From positions 31,918 through 95,917 of the forward strand of contig BCKZ01000030.1 in the NCBI GenBank assembly GCA_001600815.1: 64,000 nucleotides of DNA. Direction: 5' to 3'. The notes beneath the pieces are model-generated. The model ran no database searches. It saw only the letters and a program-made list of their open reading frames with translations, and was not told where the DNA came from. Below are positions 10,851-22,763 of the stretch, one piece after another (positions within the stretch are counted from its first letter, which is position 1; every line of letters begins with the position of its first letter). The position numbers were made by a program, and so were the translations under genes. The stretch is from Alloascoidea hylecoeti. Its lineage: Eukaryota.

Positions 10851-12566
10851 TTACAGTTTAGCATCATGCTCTATAATATGTTGTTTAACTTCTTCAACTT
10901 CAGGTGGTTTTTCATCTGTTTTACTATTAAAAAGTACAATTCCATTTTCTAAAGCATTACTTTTTTCCTCTCTTTTATAAAACCATAAAAGAACAAATGC
11001 CCAAACAAATTGTGCAAGTGCAAAACAAGCAGTAGTTATAAAACCCTTCATATATCTTGGTTGATCCGTTGTTGGGAAAATTAAAATTGTGATCCATGCT
11101 GTTGATGATTGACCAATCATATAAGATAAGATCCAAATAATTGCTCTTTCTTGACCATTATGCCTTAATATATCATTAAACCAACCATAAGTTACACTAG
11201 CTTGGGACCAGCCCATATATTGTAAACAAAATGCAAACCATTTGGCTCTTTCAGGTATATTCCAAACAGCTAATAAAATATTTCCTATTATATTCCAAAA
11301 TTGTGAAAATGCAATTGCCCCAAATCTTGATCTAAAAGCATCAGCACCAAAGCACATTATAGCAACCCAAATAATACCTAAAGCTGGTGTTAAAGTAGAC
11401 ATTTCATTTAATTTTGCAGTATTATATCTATTTAAAGATTTAAGCCATAAAACATAGGCACCAGTTGGAGTATTCGAATTATTCCATAAAAAAATATTCA
11501 TTAAACTGAAAACATAAATTTTCCAACCAGTTATAATCTTCCACCATAATTTTTTATCAAAAAATGGAGTTTCATGATCTGCTGGTGCAACATTTGCAGC
11601 TTTTAATCTTCTTCTTGCCAATCTAATTTCTTCATCAGTTAACCAAATAGAATAACATCTATCTGGAGTTCCAGGAATTGAGAAAAAACCTAATATACCA
11701 ATTGGAATTGTAATTATAGCGTCTAAAATATACATCCATCTCCATCCTTCAAGTCCATGAACACCAGCCAAAGTTCTAGCGGTTGCAGAAGCTAATAAAC
11801 CAGCAGTAATAGTACCTAACATTTGTCCCCAATAATAAATAGCACCTCTTCTTCCTAATTCAGAAGCTTTATACCAACTTCCAAATAAGTAATGAACACA
11901 TGGATAAAAAGCAGCTTCAAAAACTCCAACAAAGAATCTTAAAGTCATCAAACTTCCTAAATTATGAACTCTATAAAGACCAAGAGTACAAAGCCCCCAA
12001 CATATATCAAGAGAAGGTATAACATAATGTAAAGGAAATCTTGGAAAAATATACATAAAAGGAATTTGAAATATAACGGCACCAACGGTATAAACAGCTT
12101 GAGTATTGACTAAATCATCACCTTTCATACCAATATCTTCTTTCATACCAGAAACATAAGCATTATTTAAATTCACTTGATCAATATATTTTAGCCAATA
12201 AACAACAAAAGCATAAAAAGCAACCAATATATCAATTTTAATTAATAATTTCTTTTCATCTTTTGGTGTACCTTTATCATACCATCTCCACCAATCGTGT
12301 TTACTTCTTTCCGATTTATTATAACGATATTCATATTCGTCGAAGAATTTCCACCATTTTCGATTTGCTTCATCTCTATATTCCAAAACCCTAACTGTAT
12401 GATCATCAACTTTAACTTCTGGAGTTTTTTCATCAATTTCAATTTGGTCTTTTGGGTGTGGTGAGTCTTCACGTGATGCACCCGAAGAGGTTTCAACAAC
12501 GACTACCTCTTCTTCTGTATCCTCAACCTCACGTAAATGCGGAATCCAATTCCAAACAGCAACCAT
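10851..12566 (-). CDS. SEO1: Allantoate-family MFS permease, Seo1-like
   Basis: EYRDEANRKWWKFFDEYEYR N-terminal signature, YIDQVNLNNAYVSGMKEDI and GLEGWRWMY. Confidence 0.8.
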   Translation of the reverse strand: MVAVWNWIPHLREVEDTEEEVVVVETSSGASREDSPHPKDQIEIDEKTPEVKVDDHTVRVLEYRDEANRKWWKFFDEYEYRYNKSERSKHDWWRWYDKGTPKDEKKLLIKIDILVAFYAFVVYWLKYIDQVNLNNAYVSGMKEDIGMKGDDLVNTQAVYTVGAVIFQIPFMYIFPRFPLHYVIPSLDICWGLCTLGLYRVHNLGSLMTLRFFVGVFEAAFYPCVHYLFGSWYKASELGRRGAIYYWGQMLGTITAGLLASATARTLAGVHGLEGWRWMYILDAIITIPIGILGFFSIPGTPDRCYSIWLTDEEIRLARRRLKAANVAPADHETPFFDKKLWWKIITGWKIYVFSLMNIFLWNNSNTPTGAYVLWLKSLNRYNTAKLNEMSTLTPALGIIWVAIMCFGADAFRSRFGAIAFSQFWNIIGNILLAVWNIPERAKWFAFCLQYMGWSQASVTYGWFNDILRHNGQERAIIWILSYMIGQSSTAWITILIFPTTDQPRYMKGFITTACFALAQFVWAFVLLWFYKREEKSNALENGIVLFNSKTDEKPPEVEEVKQHIIEHDAKL

Positions 12567-12914
12567 TCTGAATTCGAGATTGAATTATCGTATCTGTAGC
12601 GTTGACTTGGTCTGCACTTATAGGAAAAAACTGTTCTAACGATCCATCAATTGCACAATTGCTTCGGCATATATACACTAGAGATATTACGCCATACGCA
12701 GGTAAGATTGCGAATATGCACATCACATCTCGTCAGTCATACTACATTATCACAGTCACAGGATATTTCATATAACATAACTGTAAGTGAGGAAAAGGAA
12801 AATCTTTGGGCTTAAAAATCAGTTCAGTTAATCATATAAATACAAAACATTTCTTATTTCCAACCTCCGTTTTAAATATATATCAGTATTCAGTATTTAA
12901 TATAAATTTGTAAA

Positions 12915-14114
12915 ATGTCGCTCGAAGAGGTTTATGATAAAGAAGAAATAGACAAAAAATATCATATAAGACCTTTTATCCCTGTTCCACCAACAAAAGA
13001 ACATGTTGATACAGTTGACATTACAAGCATTGATATAAGTCAATATATTGATGGTCCAGAAGGTCTTGAATCAAGAATTAAACTTGCAAAACAATTAGAA
13101 ACTTCAATTATAACACAAGGTTTTTTCAATATTATAAATTATGGATTTGATCAATCAAAACTTGAAAAATTATATTCAATTGCTCAAAGCTTATTTGAAC
13201 TGCCAGAAAGTGAAAAAATTAAATATCATAAAGATAAAAATGGTCCAACTGGAAATATTGCACCAGGTTTTAAACCTAGAGAATACTGGTATATGCAAAA
13301 TGGTGTTAGAGATCAAATTGAATTTTTTAATTTTCAATATTTAACTCATAAAAATTTAAAATTTAAACAAAATCATCCTGAAATTTTAAGAGCTTATTTA
13401 AATGAATATTCTGATTTTTATAATCATATTCAATATAATATTTTACCAAAATTATCAAATTTATGCGATATTATACTTGAAAAACCAGAAGGTTTTTTAT
13501 GGAAATTTTGGGAAGCAATTAATGATAAACCTGAATTATCTGGTACTGGTTATGCAAGACTTATGTTATATCATCCAATGGATGAAAAAGATTTAAAACA
13601 AACCCATGATACTTGGTTAAGAGGGCATTCAGATCTTGGTTCATTTACGTTTTTAACTTCTCAACCAATGTGTTCTTTACAGATTAGAGATATTCATACA
13701 GGTACATGGAAATATGTACCTTATGTACCAAATTCATTAGTTGTTAATGTTGGTGATACACTTGAATTTTTAACTGGTGGTTATTTTAAATCAACAATTC
13801 ATAGAGTTACTAAATCTCCAAAAGATCAATTACATCATAAAAGATTACAATTTATTTATTTTAATTCTATAAAACAAGATACGGTAATTGATCCAGAAAC
13901 TTTAGATTCACCAAAATTAAAAAGATTAGGATATAAAAAACCAGAAAATTGGCCTAAAATAACTGCAAAAGATTGGGCAAAAGGCAAAAGTACTCTTTTT
14001 GGTCAAGAAAAATTAGATACTGTTGATTCAGATTTACCAAATATTGTTTATATTTATGAACGTGGACATGAAAGATGGCATGATTTAATTGAGAAAACTA
14101 GTATTACTGCCTAG
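12915..14114 (+). CDS. 2-oxoglutarate/Fe(II)-dependent dioxygenase (IPNS/DIOX-like)
   Basis: GFFNIINYG N-domain, HxD (GHSDLGSFT), LVVNVGDTLEFLTGGYFKSTIHRV. Confidence 0.88.
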   Translation: MSLEEVYDKEEIDKKYHIRPFIPVPPTKEHVDTVDITSIDISQYIDGPEGLESRIKLAKQLETSIITQGFFNIINYGFDQSKLEKLYSIAQSLFELPESEKIKYHKDKNGPTGNIAPGFKPREYWYMQNGVRDQIEFFNFQYLTHKNLKFKQNHPEILRAYLNEYSDFYNHIQYNILPKLSNLCDIILEKPEGFLWKFWEAINDKPELSGTGYARLMLYHPMDEKDLKQTHDTWLRGHSDLGSFTFLTSQPMCSLQIRDIHTGTWKYVPYVPNSLVVNVGDTLEFLTGGYFKSTIHRVTKSPKDQLHHKRLQFIYFNSIKQDTVIDPETLDSPKLKRLGYKKPENWPKITAKDWAKGKSTLFGQEKLDTVDSDLPNIVYIYERGHERWHDLIEKTSITA

Positions 14115-14867
14115 TTTTATATAATGATGCCTTGGGGAATATATTAGAAGGGAATAAATATACATTATAGCTATTATAATATATATTGTTATAACAATTC
14201 ATATTCATATCTCCTGTGTATTTTCAGTAACTTGTTACATCAATTGAAAATTATGAGGATACTCCAGGTACACTCAACTTTGCATACTGAATTCTCTATT
14301 TAAAATCTACCATATATTAAATAAGATAATTCCGCATACTGTAAACATATTCCGGATCCATTACTCGGGCTTTAATAGAAATTCAAAGAATAATATTAAT
14401 TTAAGATAATATGTATGACTAGAATTGCTTTTTCATAAACGATTTTCTATTTCCATCGGGGAAAAAATTAATGAAATGAATAACTTATAATTAGTAGTTA
14501 CCATGGCCGAACATTAGTCCATCGATTGCCAGAAATTTTTAGGGCGGCAGAATATTTAGCCCACCATCTGGTCGAAGTTAAGTGGTCTATGTATTGTATA
14601 GTACTGCTACTGAAGATATCATACCGTGTAGTCCACTGTTTTACACTCAATATAATTTGGTGTAGATAATTAAAATGATATGTCATTTGACTGTTTATAA
14701 GCTTGGCCGAATTTGTTTGCCGACGGTGGCAAATGCGGGCAGAGATCCTGTACTTTATTAATGTTTCATTTAAACTAGAAAGCATTATTATGAGCATAAA
14801 GACATCCTAGACTGCTAATACCTACAGACTCTTACAGAGACGATCACTACTTCATCTACTAATTATC

Positions 14868-17544
14868 ATGACAACCCAACCTTCGAAAAGGCAATATGCC
14901 TGTACTATTTGTAGAAGACGGCGAACAAAAGTATGTTTCTATGTTATAGTTTTCCGGTATATTAAGGTACTAATAGTTTATGAAAAAGTGCGATAAACAG
15001 AAACCACACTGCTCACAATGTGAAAAGCTTGGATTCTCTCATCTTTGCATATACCGTACCAAAAAATCAAGAGAAGTAGAAGTTGAGGGAACACATTTAA
15101 ACCCGTTAGAAATGGAATTATACGCCCAAAATGCAATACTTAAGAATCAAATTGAGAATAAGAGAAAGGAGTTACAACGCATAAAGAGGAGGTCTAGAAA
15201 AAAAAGGAATCAGAATGATATCAAGCAAACAATTTTAAAATATGATAACAATCCCGAAAATTATGATCCTATAATGAGTTTAACTGAAAAAATTAATTCT
15301 TTAAATATTGAAAAAGATTATACTGCACATTTTGGTGTAACGGGCAGATTGAGTATCATAACAAAGGATCCTATATTAACACAGATTTATTCATCAACGG
15401 ATACCAATATCAATAATGTATCAGCTAATAAAAAGAAGAAAGTCGAGCCTGATCCTATTTATGGTCCAACAGTTGAATTACAGTCGATTTTACGTCGAAT
15501 AAATGAAATTATTCCTTCGGTAGATCATTGCAATATTATTGTCAAATATTATTGGCTTTATTATGATAGTATATTGAGTGTCATTGATTATGAACCCTTT
15601 ACTACGATATTTAAGAATATTAATTCAATAATAATTGATGATAATGGAATTCCACGGTATAGGTTCAGGTTTTCGGAATCTCAATTTAAAGAAAGCTATA
15701 GTGAGGTAATCAGTCTAGCAACTTTTATGGTTATATTAAGAATTGGATATTTGACAATGCCAATTGCATATAATAAAGAACACAATAATAGTTGTTTAGA
15801 TCCATTTTTTAGACCATTATTAGAGAATAGTGTTTCAATTGGTCCTGAGTTTTGTACGTTATCACTAAATCTTTTATCATTTATTGATACGACAACAACT
15901 GAATCTTTTAGTCTACTACTGTTACAATATTTTCTGTGTTTACGATTTTATCGCATGCTCGCTCCTGAAGACGGAGATGGTGATGATGGCGATGAAAGTG
16001 CTGTTTTGTTTGGTCAAACAGTTCGTTTAGCTATTGAAATGGGTATTAATCGAGATCCTGAAATTTATGATCCAACTGGGAAAATATTTGATGAAAACTT
16101 CAAATATAAATGGAGAAAAACATGGTGTATTGTAGCTATGTTTGATGCGTTGCAAGCTTTAAACTTGGGTAGACCTCTTCTCTTAAATAGTGATTATATG
16201 GATACAAAACAAATACAATATTTCCATATTCTCGATTCATCTTTTTACAAAAATATCAATTCATCATCTGTAGCTTTCAATATCAAGAAACTTCAAAATA
16301 GTGCTGGCATGTTGAATTTTTTATATGATTACACTAAGAATTTGAGTAATGGAGTTTGCATTTGGCTAAACTTAAAAGAAAAACCACGAAGATCATCAAT
16401 TGAAAATATTATTGTTAATATACTAGAGTCATTGAAGAATAGATTCCCAAGTATCTCAGAAACATTTAAAATGCACAAAAAGATTGATTTCACATCTAAT
16501 ATAAATGGTAACACATTTCTTAATAAACAAATCCCTAATATCGATTTGATTGATAATGAAGATTTTCAAATGAATGTTCTATCAAATACTCACATTATAC
16601 TTCAACTTGAAATAAAATGCGTTTTATTATCACAACTTCATTTTAATTTCTATTTATTATTCTTAAATAGTGATTTAAAAACAGAACCTAAGATGTGTCA
16701 ACATTATCTTTTACAAGCAGAAATTTCTGCATGTCTATTATTTTATTGTTGTCTTGGTTTCTATAATTTAACTTATAATGAATCAAATAATCATTATAAT
16801 TTTGGAATGGGTGTGGAGGCTAGACATTTAATAGTACCTCAAGTGGTGAAATATTTATATCGACTTGTTCCATTTATAATTTCATTAATATTAAGAAGTC
16901 AGACTAAAGAATTCCAATCACAATTAACATTGTGCAATTTATATAAATCATCACCTTATACTTCTTCTATAACAGTCTTATCTGATATATTTAATAATAA
17001 TAAACCCAATTCTGGTTCTATTAATATCTTTTCATATTTACCAAATGAAGTATCCGATTGTTTAAAAAGACCTTTAATTGAATATTTTCAAGAGTATTAT
17101 GAACTGCTTCCTCGATGTCCTGAAAGAATTGCAGTGAAATCTAACGATATTTATACAGTATGGAATAAAATGAAAGTCATTTATAAGAAGAACGATAATG
17201 GGTCAGGGATTGACATACCTGATATTCCAGTTCCATCTAATCATGAAGTTGAAAAAAGTATTGGTGCTTCAAATGGTATAATTAATAAGAATTCATTACC
17301 AATGGAGAATGGAAATGAAAATGAAGATGAAATTCTGATTGAAAATGATAATATTATTATTAATAATACTTTCAATCCTCCAAATGAGGATTTATATCTT
17401 AGCTACACTCAGAATACAAATCAACCAAGGTCATTTTCAACTGAGGAACTAATGGATATATCACAGCTACCTGATTTTTACTCCAACGATTTATTATATG
17501 AAAGTCTTCGTTATGATTCAGTATTGAATGATATGCTAGATTAA
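14868..17544 (+). CDS. Zn(II)2Cys6 transcription factor with fungal middle-homology region; 2 exons: 14868-14930, 14989-17544
   Basis: Splicing GTATGT(14931)..TACTAAT..AAG(14988) rebuilds CTICRRRRTKCDKQKPHCSQCEKLGFSHLC. Also VRLAIEMGINRDP and KWRKTW...LGRP. Confidence 0.88.
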
Positions 17545-18394
17545 CATTTTAACTGTTCTTGTATAATTAGTTTTCTATATTGTGCTTTTATTTATCAACA
17601 AGAGTGGTCACTGGTCAGACTATGATCACACGAAAGGCGTAGGGAAGAGAATAACAGGACTGAATGGCGGATCTCGAGAAGAGACATGGGACAATCTATC
17701 ACCATATATCGCTATGAATATATATGAACATGTGTAGAAACCACCAGTATCTCACTCTAATATTTATTATGGCACTTCTGATTAGTTTCCGCTATTTGTC
17801 CGCTCTGTTTGCCAGCCTGTCTGTGCGTGTTTAGTAGTACTGTAGTAGCAGTTTCTGGATATTTAAGTGAGGAAATTGATCGTTTCTTTAGAACATGTCC
17901 CTAAATTTTGTTTGTCCAGGTTCCAAAATGTCTAAATTTCAATAAAATTATCTCATTTCATCTTTTTTATTTGAAAATCCTCTTGTGTATTCTTTATCAA
18001 GCTTATCATATGGTGGTGGCAAAAGCTTTAATTTTTGGGCTCCTGTTTGATTTTAGTGTTTATGGCATCTTCCATCAGTATCTGGTGTTGAATTCTGGAT
18101 ATAGGCTTCAAAAGTGCAATATAGCGTTAGAGGAGTTTTCCCTCTTTTTGCTAGCTAAGGAAAATAAGTTATTTTTAAAACCATTTTTTATTAAACTCCT
18201 AACTGGCGATAGGGTATGTAAAAAAAAATTAATTCCACGAGACAATTGAGATTGTGTGTGATGATATAGATGTGAATAGTTTAACTTGTTGTGGAGTATA
18301 GAACATAAAGATTTAATCTTAATATAAATTATAAATTATAAATTGCTAGTATAAAATATATAAATATAAACTGATACTAGCTATATTATATTAT

Positions 18395-19459
18395 TCATTC
18401 AAATTTACCTTTTGGTTGTGGAACAACAATTCCAGCAGAACCAGAACCACTAAATTTAACTTCATCACCTTTACCTAATTGTTTTTTAATTAGATTTTCT
18501 CTTTTTTTAGCTTCAGCAATTTTTTTAGCTTCTTCATGAATTTGTTTTGTATCAGTAACAACATTTGTATAAAAAGTTTTAACTTTTGAACCATTTTCAC
18601 TTTCAAAATATTTATTAAATTTTGATGAATATTTATTTTGATAAGTTGATTCTGCTTTTCTTGTTAAATTTGTTTTTTGATCTTGAATTTTATATTTATC
18701 ATCTAAATTTGTTATAAATGATTTAAATTTGTTTGAAAATCCTTTCTTTTTATCAATTTCAAGTCCTTTTTTAATTGCAATGTCTGATAAGACATAACCT
18801 TGGGCTAAATATTGGGCTAAGACAGCAGCTTTTGGTTTTACTTCTTGTGGAACATCATCATCTGAATCATGCCCTGTTCCATGACTTTCGCTATGTTTCA
18901 CAGTGGCACCTGGTTGACCAACTGAAACAGCAACGTTTGAGATACCGGCTAGGCCTGAAGAAGCAGAATAAGTTGGTGGTTGAGGTGACTTGGCATCAGC
19001 AGCAATTGGTGGTGTAGTAGTTGTAACTGGTTTTGAAGTAACTGGAACAGCTGGTGGTTCATCATGAACAGATGGGTCAGAAACAGGTACAGGAACAGAT
19101 GGCTCAGACACAGAAGGTACAGGAACGGACTGTTCAAATGAAGGAGGTTGTTTCTTCTCAATTGGATATTCAGAACCATCATCAACATAAGCTGGTGGTA
19201 ATTCACTTGAAGTAGAAGGAATTGAAGACTCTTGAATTGATCCAGCCGCTTCAACCGAAATTGGAGTATTTTCAAATAAAGCATGATTTAACAATAAAGC
19301 AGTTTCAACAGCATCAGAATGTTTAAAAACAACGGTGGCTTTCCCAGTCGTTGAATCCACATCAATGGAATCAATTGAGCCAGAAAGCTCAAAAAAAGTA
19401 TGGATTTGATCTTTTGTTACAGAAGATGGGAAATTAGTGGCGATAATAGTTGAAGTCAT
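18395..19459 (-). CDS. RRM-containing Vip1-like protein
   Basis: N-terminal RRM (FFELSGSIDSI, ATVVF..AVETALLLN), Pro-rich linker, QEVKPKAAVLAQYLAQGYVLSD..IHEEAKKIA. Likely start is the ATG at 19459. Confidence 0.75.
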   Translation of the reverse strand: MTSTIIATNFPSSVTKDQIHTFFELSGSIDSIDVDSTTGKATVVFKHSDAVETALLLNHALFENTPISVEAAGSIQESSIPSTSSELPPAYVDDGSEYPIEKKQPPSFEQSVPVPSVSEPSVPVPVSDPSVHDEPPAVPVTSKPVTTTTPPIAADAKSPQPPTYSASSGLAGISNVAVSVGQPGATVKHSESHGTGHDSDDDVPQEVKPKAAVLAQYLAQGYVLSDIAIKKGLEIDKKKGFSNKFKSFITNLDDKYKIQDQKTNLTRKAESTYQNKYSSKFNKYFESENGSKVKTFYTNVVTDTKQIHEEAKKIAEAKKRENLIKKQLGKGDEVKFSGSGSAGIVVPQPKGKFE

Positions 19460-19702
19460 GATGATGTTGAAGAAGAAAGAAATTAAAGGGGCACAAATTG
19501 GGTTTTTATGCATAAAGACTTATATAGGCTGAGTAGATCATTTTCATTTTTTGTCACAAATATATCATTCTTAATAAATAAATATCATAATTCATAATTA
19601 AATAAATAATTCACAGTTCCCATGTATCTTTATATATTTCCGTTAATACAAAACAAATAAACAATTATATAAAATATTTAATATACTATTCAAACCAAAA
19701 AT

Positions 19703-21472
19703 TTAATTTCTTTTTTGTTCCATATCTAAAAATTGATCCCACATACTAACCAAATCACTTTTTTCTTTTCTTTCAAATTCTAATTGTTTTTTCATTTTGT
19801 CAATTTCAATTTTTAAATCATTTATATTTTTATTAATTAATATAATTTTATTTTCCCATTTATTTTCTAATTCATCAGTTAATTTTTTAATTTTTAATTC
19901 ATGTTTTGATAAATAATTTAAATATAAATCATTTGTAATTGATTTTAATTTTAAATTATTTGTTTTTAATAAATCATTTTTTTTAGTTTCTAATTGTTTT
20001 TTTAATTTCAAATTTGATGTTATATTATCATTTAATTTTGATTTTAAATAAATTATATCATTTTTATAATTTATTTCTAATTCTTTCAAATTATCATTAT
20101 CAATACTATTATCAATACTAATGTTTTGTTTTGTTAATAATGGTGATGGTGATGGATTTATTATATCATCATCAATATCAAAACTATAATCTCCATTCCC
20201 ATTTCCATTTTGTGATTGAATTTGATTTTCAAAAACTTTTGACATTCTACGATGTTGGCCATTCGGACTTTTTAAATTTGGTTTTTTAATTGCTTTTGAA
20301 TCAGGAGTTGTAAATGATTTTTTATCTAATAAACTCATTAAATCTAATTCTTCAAATTCATTTTTATTTTTATTTTGAACATTTGTTGTTGTTAATTCAT
20401 CATATGTAGAAGTTGAGGATTTTGATGTAAAATTAACTTTTGGTGGTGCAACTCTTGATATTGATTTTGCAGCAGGTCTATGAGAAATTATCTTTGTTGT
20501 TGTTGGTGGTGTCCTAGGTCCATCATTATAATTATAAAGTGGTGTTGAATTACAAATTTTTACATCATGTTCACCATTATAATGATTATTATGTTTTTGA
20601 TAAACTGTTGTAGTAGAAGATTGTTTAAAAATATCAGATTCTCCATTTGGTGTTGGTTGTTGATTATTTAAATTAATTGGTTCAAATTGTTTTGACATTC
20701 TTTTATGTTTTCCATGTGGATTTTTTGCATTTGGTTTTGTCATTTTATAATCTGGTGTTTTTAATATACTTGATTCTCCAATTTCTAACTCATTCTCATT
20801 CTTATTTTCATTTTCAATTTCATTTTCATTTTCGTGTTCATTTTCGTGTTCATTTTCATTTTCATGTTCATTTTCATGTTCATCTACTTTTGATTGTTCA
20901 ATTTTTGATAATTTTAATGATTTTGGACTTGGTGTATGAATAAGCGTAATTGATTTATTACTATTTTTTCTTTTATGTGAATGACTATGAGGACTAACAG
21001 GAACAGGAACAGTTGTATGATGTTTTGGAGTCTGAGGTGTAAAATCATTATCATTAACATTTTTTATTTCTTCAATAGATATAACATTTTCTTTATCAAA
21101 ACAAACCTCTTTTTTACCTTTATTATCATTATAAATTGAAGGTGATGAACCAAATGATTTCCTATTGTTTCTATTACCTATTCTAGGAACAGTTAATGGA
21201 GTTCTTTTAATATTTCTTGATGATCCAATAATTAATCCACCACCATTTGAACCAAATTCAAATTCATCATTACTTTTTGTTAAATGATGATGATTTTTTT
21301 TAATTGGCATAAAACTTCTCCTTCTTTCACTACTATTAAATTCAATTTTTTTAATTTTAACAGATCTTTTTGCACTTTGAAGTAATTGATTGTTTGGTTT
21401 TTCAGGTGATGGAGTTTTCATCTCCATACTAATATCATTTATTTCATCCACTTCTTCCATTTTAATTTTCAT
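19703..21472 (-). CDS. Slk19-like (fungal TACC) kinetochore/spindle coiled-coil protein
   Basis: Low-complexity N-region rich in TP/SP. C-terminal ITNDLYLNYLSKHELKIKKL..KWENKI..ERKEKSDL resembles the Slk19 C-terminal domain. Confidence 0.65.
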   Translation of the reverse strand: MKIKMEEVDEINDISMEMKTPSPEKPNNQLLQSAKRSVKIKKIEFNSSERRRSFMPIKKNHHHLTKSNDEFEFGSNGGGLIIGSSRNIKRTPLTVPRIGNRNNRKSFGSSPSIYNDNKGKKEVCFDKENVISIEEIKNVNDNDFTPQTPKHHTTVPVPVSPHSHSHKRKNSNKSITLIHTPSPKSLKLSKIEQSKVDEHENEHENENEHENEHENENEIENENKNENELEIGESSILKTPDYKMTKPNAKNPHGKHKRMSKQFEPINLNNQQPTPNGESDIFKQSSTTTVYQKHNNHYNGEHDVKICNSTPLYNYNDGPRTPPTTTKIISHRPAAKSISRVAPPKVNFTSKSSTSTYDELTTTNVQNKNKNEFEELDLMSLLDKKSFTTPDSKAIKKPNLKSPNGQHRRMSKVFENQIQSQNGNGNGDYSFDIDDDIINPSPSPLLTKQNISIDNSIDNDNLKELEINYKNDIIYLKSKLNDNITSNLKLKKQLETKKNDLLKTNNLKLKSITNDLYLNYLSKHELKIKKLTDELENKWENKIILINKNINDLKIEIDKMKKQLEFERKEKSDLVSMWDQFLDMEQKRN

Positions 21473-21696
21473 TTTCTTTTTAATTTAAGTTTAGTTTGTT
21501 TATTTGAGAAAAAAAAAACAATAGATCAAAAAAAAAAAAAAAAAAAAGGAGGTTTGTTTATCAAATAAAATAAAATTGACATGCCAACCGAAAACATCCC
21601 TTCATCTTTCCAATTTACCCGGCTTTTTATTTAAACATTTTCACTTGACACTTTTCCATTTTAAACCTTTAAAATCAAATATTAATATATGAAGAA

Positions 21697-22089
21697 ATGT
21701 CAAATAGTGATATTGGAAATTTATATCGTCAAATTATTGATGAAGTAATTAATGAATCAAGACAAGATTTTGAAGAAAATGGAATTGATGAATCAACATT
21801 ATTAGATTTAAAAAAGATTTGGCATAATAAATTGACATCATCTGGAGTTGCTAGATTTCCATGGGATCCACAATCAACATCAAATGAAGAAAATAATAGT
21901 AATAATTCTGGAGTTGGAGTTGGAGTTGGATCTATAACTAGTGGATTATATCAACAACAGAGTAGTAGTAATCAACATAATATTACTGGGATACAGTTAC
22001 CTCCACAAAATGTTTATCATTCATTAGATAAAAACAGAATTGTTGGTCAAGTTGGGCCATCGGGTCAGGGAATGTATGCTTCTTATCAC

Positions 22090-22145
<56 letters not shown>

Positions 22146-22617
22146 TCCAAATGGAATACAATTACCTCCTGTGCGTGTTAAACAAGAACCTCCTACTGGT
22201 TTAATGTTACCTGGTGGTGGTAGATTAACCCAAACTGATGGTTCATCCGATTCATTTATATATAAAGATGGAGAAATACTTATCATACCAAGATCAAATT
22301 CAAATTTAAATTCCAAACAATTACAATCACAATTAACAAATATAAATAATAATAAAATGAAAAAAATGAATCAAGGTGATGCAGAAGAAGGAGGAGATTC
22401 TGATGATATTAATTCTGATTTAGATGATTCTGATGATGATAGTATATTAGGAGACGATGAAGATGATGATAATGATGGTATGATTATGCTTTGTTTATAT
22501 GATAAAGTACAAAGAGTTAAAAGTAAATGGAAATTCAGTTTAAAAGAAGGTTTAGCAAATATTAATGAACGTGATTATGTTTTTGCTAAAGCATCTGGTG
22601 AATCAGAATGGTCTTAA
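21697..22617 (+). CDS. TOA1: TFIIA large subunit
   Basis: LYRQIIDEVINESRQDFE, QTDG, DINSDLDDSDD, MLCLYDKVQRVKSKWK..GESEW. Confidence 0.95.
22090..22143 (+). repeat. CAA/CAG microsatellite encoding the poly-Q tract of TOA1
   Basis: Run of CAA/CAG codons. Confidence 0.9.
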
Positions 22618-22763
22618 ATTTATAAATTATTATCACAAATATATTAAATTTTATTATATATTTCATTCATTCATTCATTTCTTTTTCTAAATATTTTATA
22701 TTCTTGGTTCTATCTTACTTTATTTTGATTTTATTCTACTAAATATATAACAATTATTAATGA

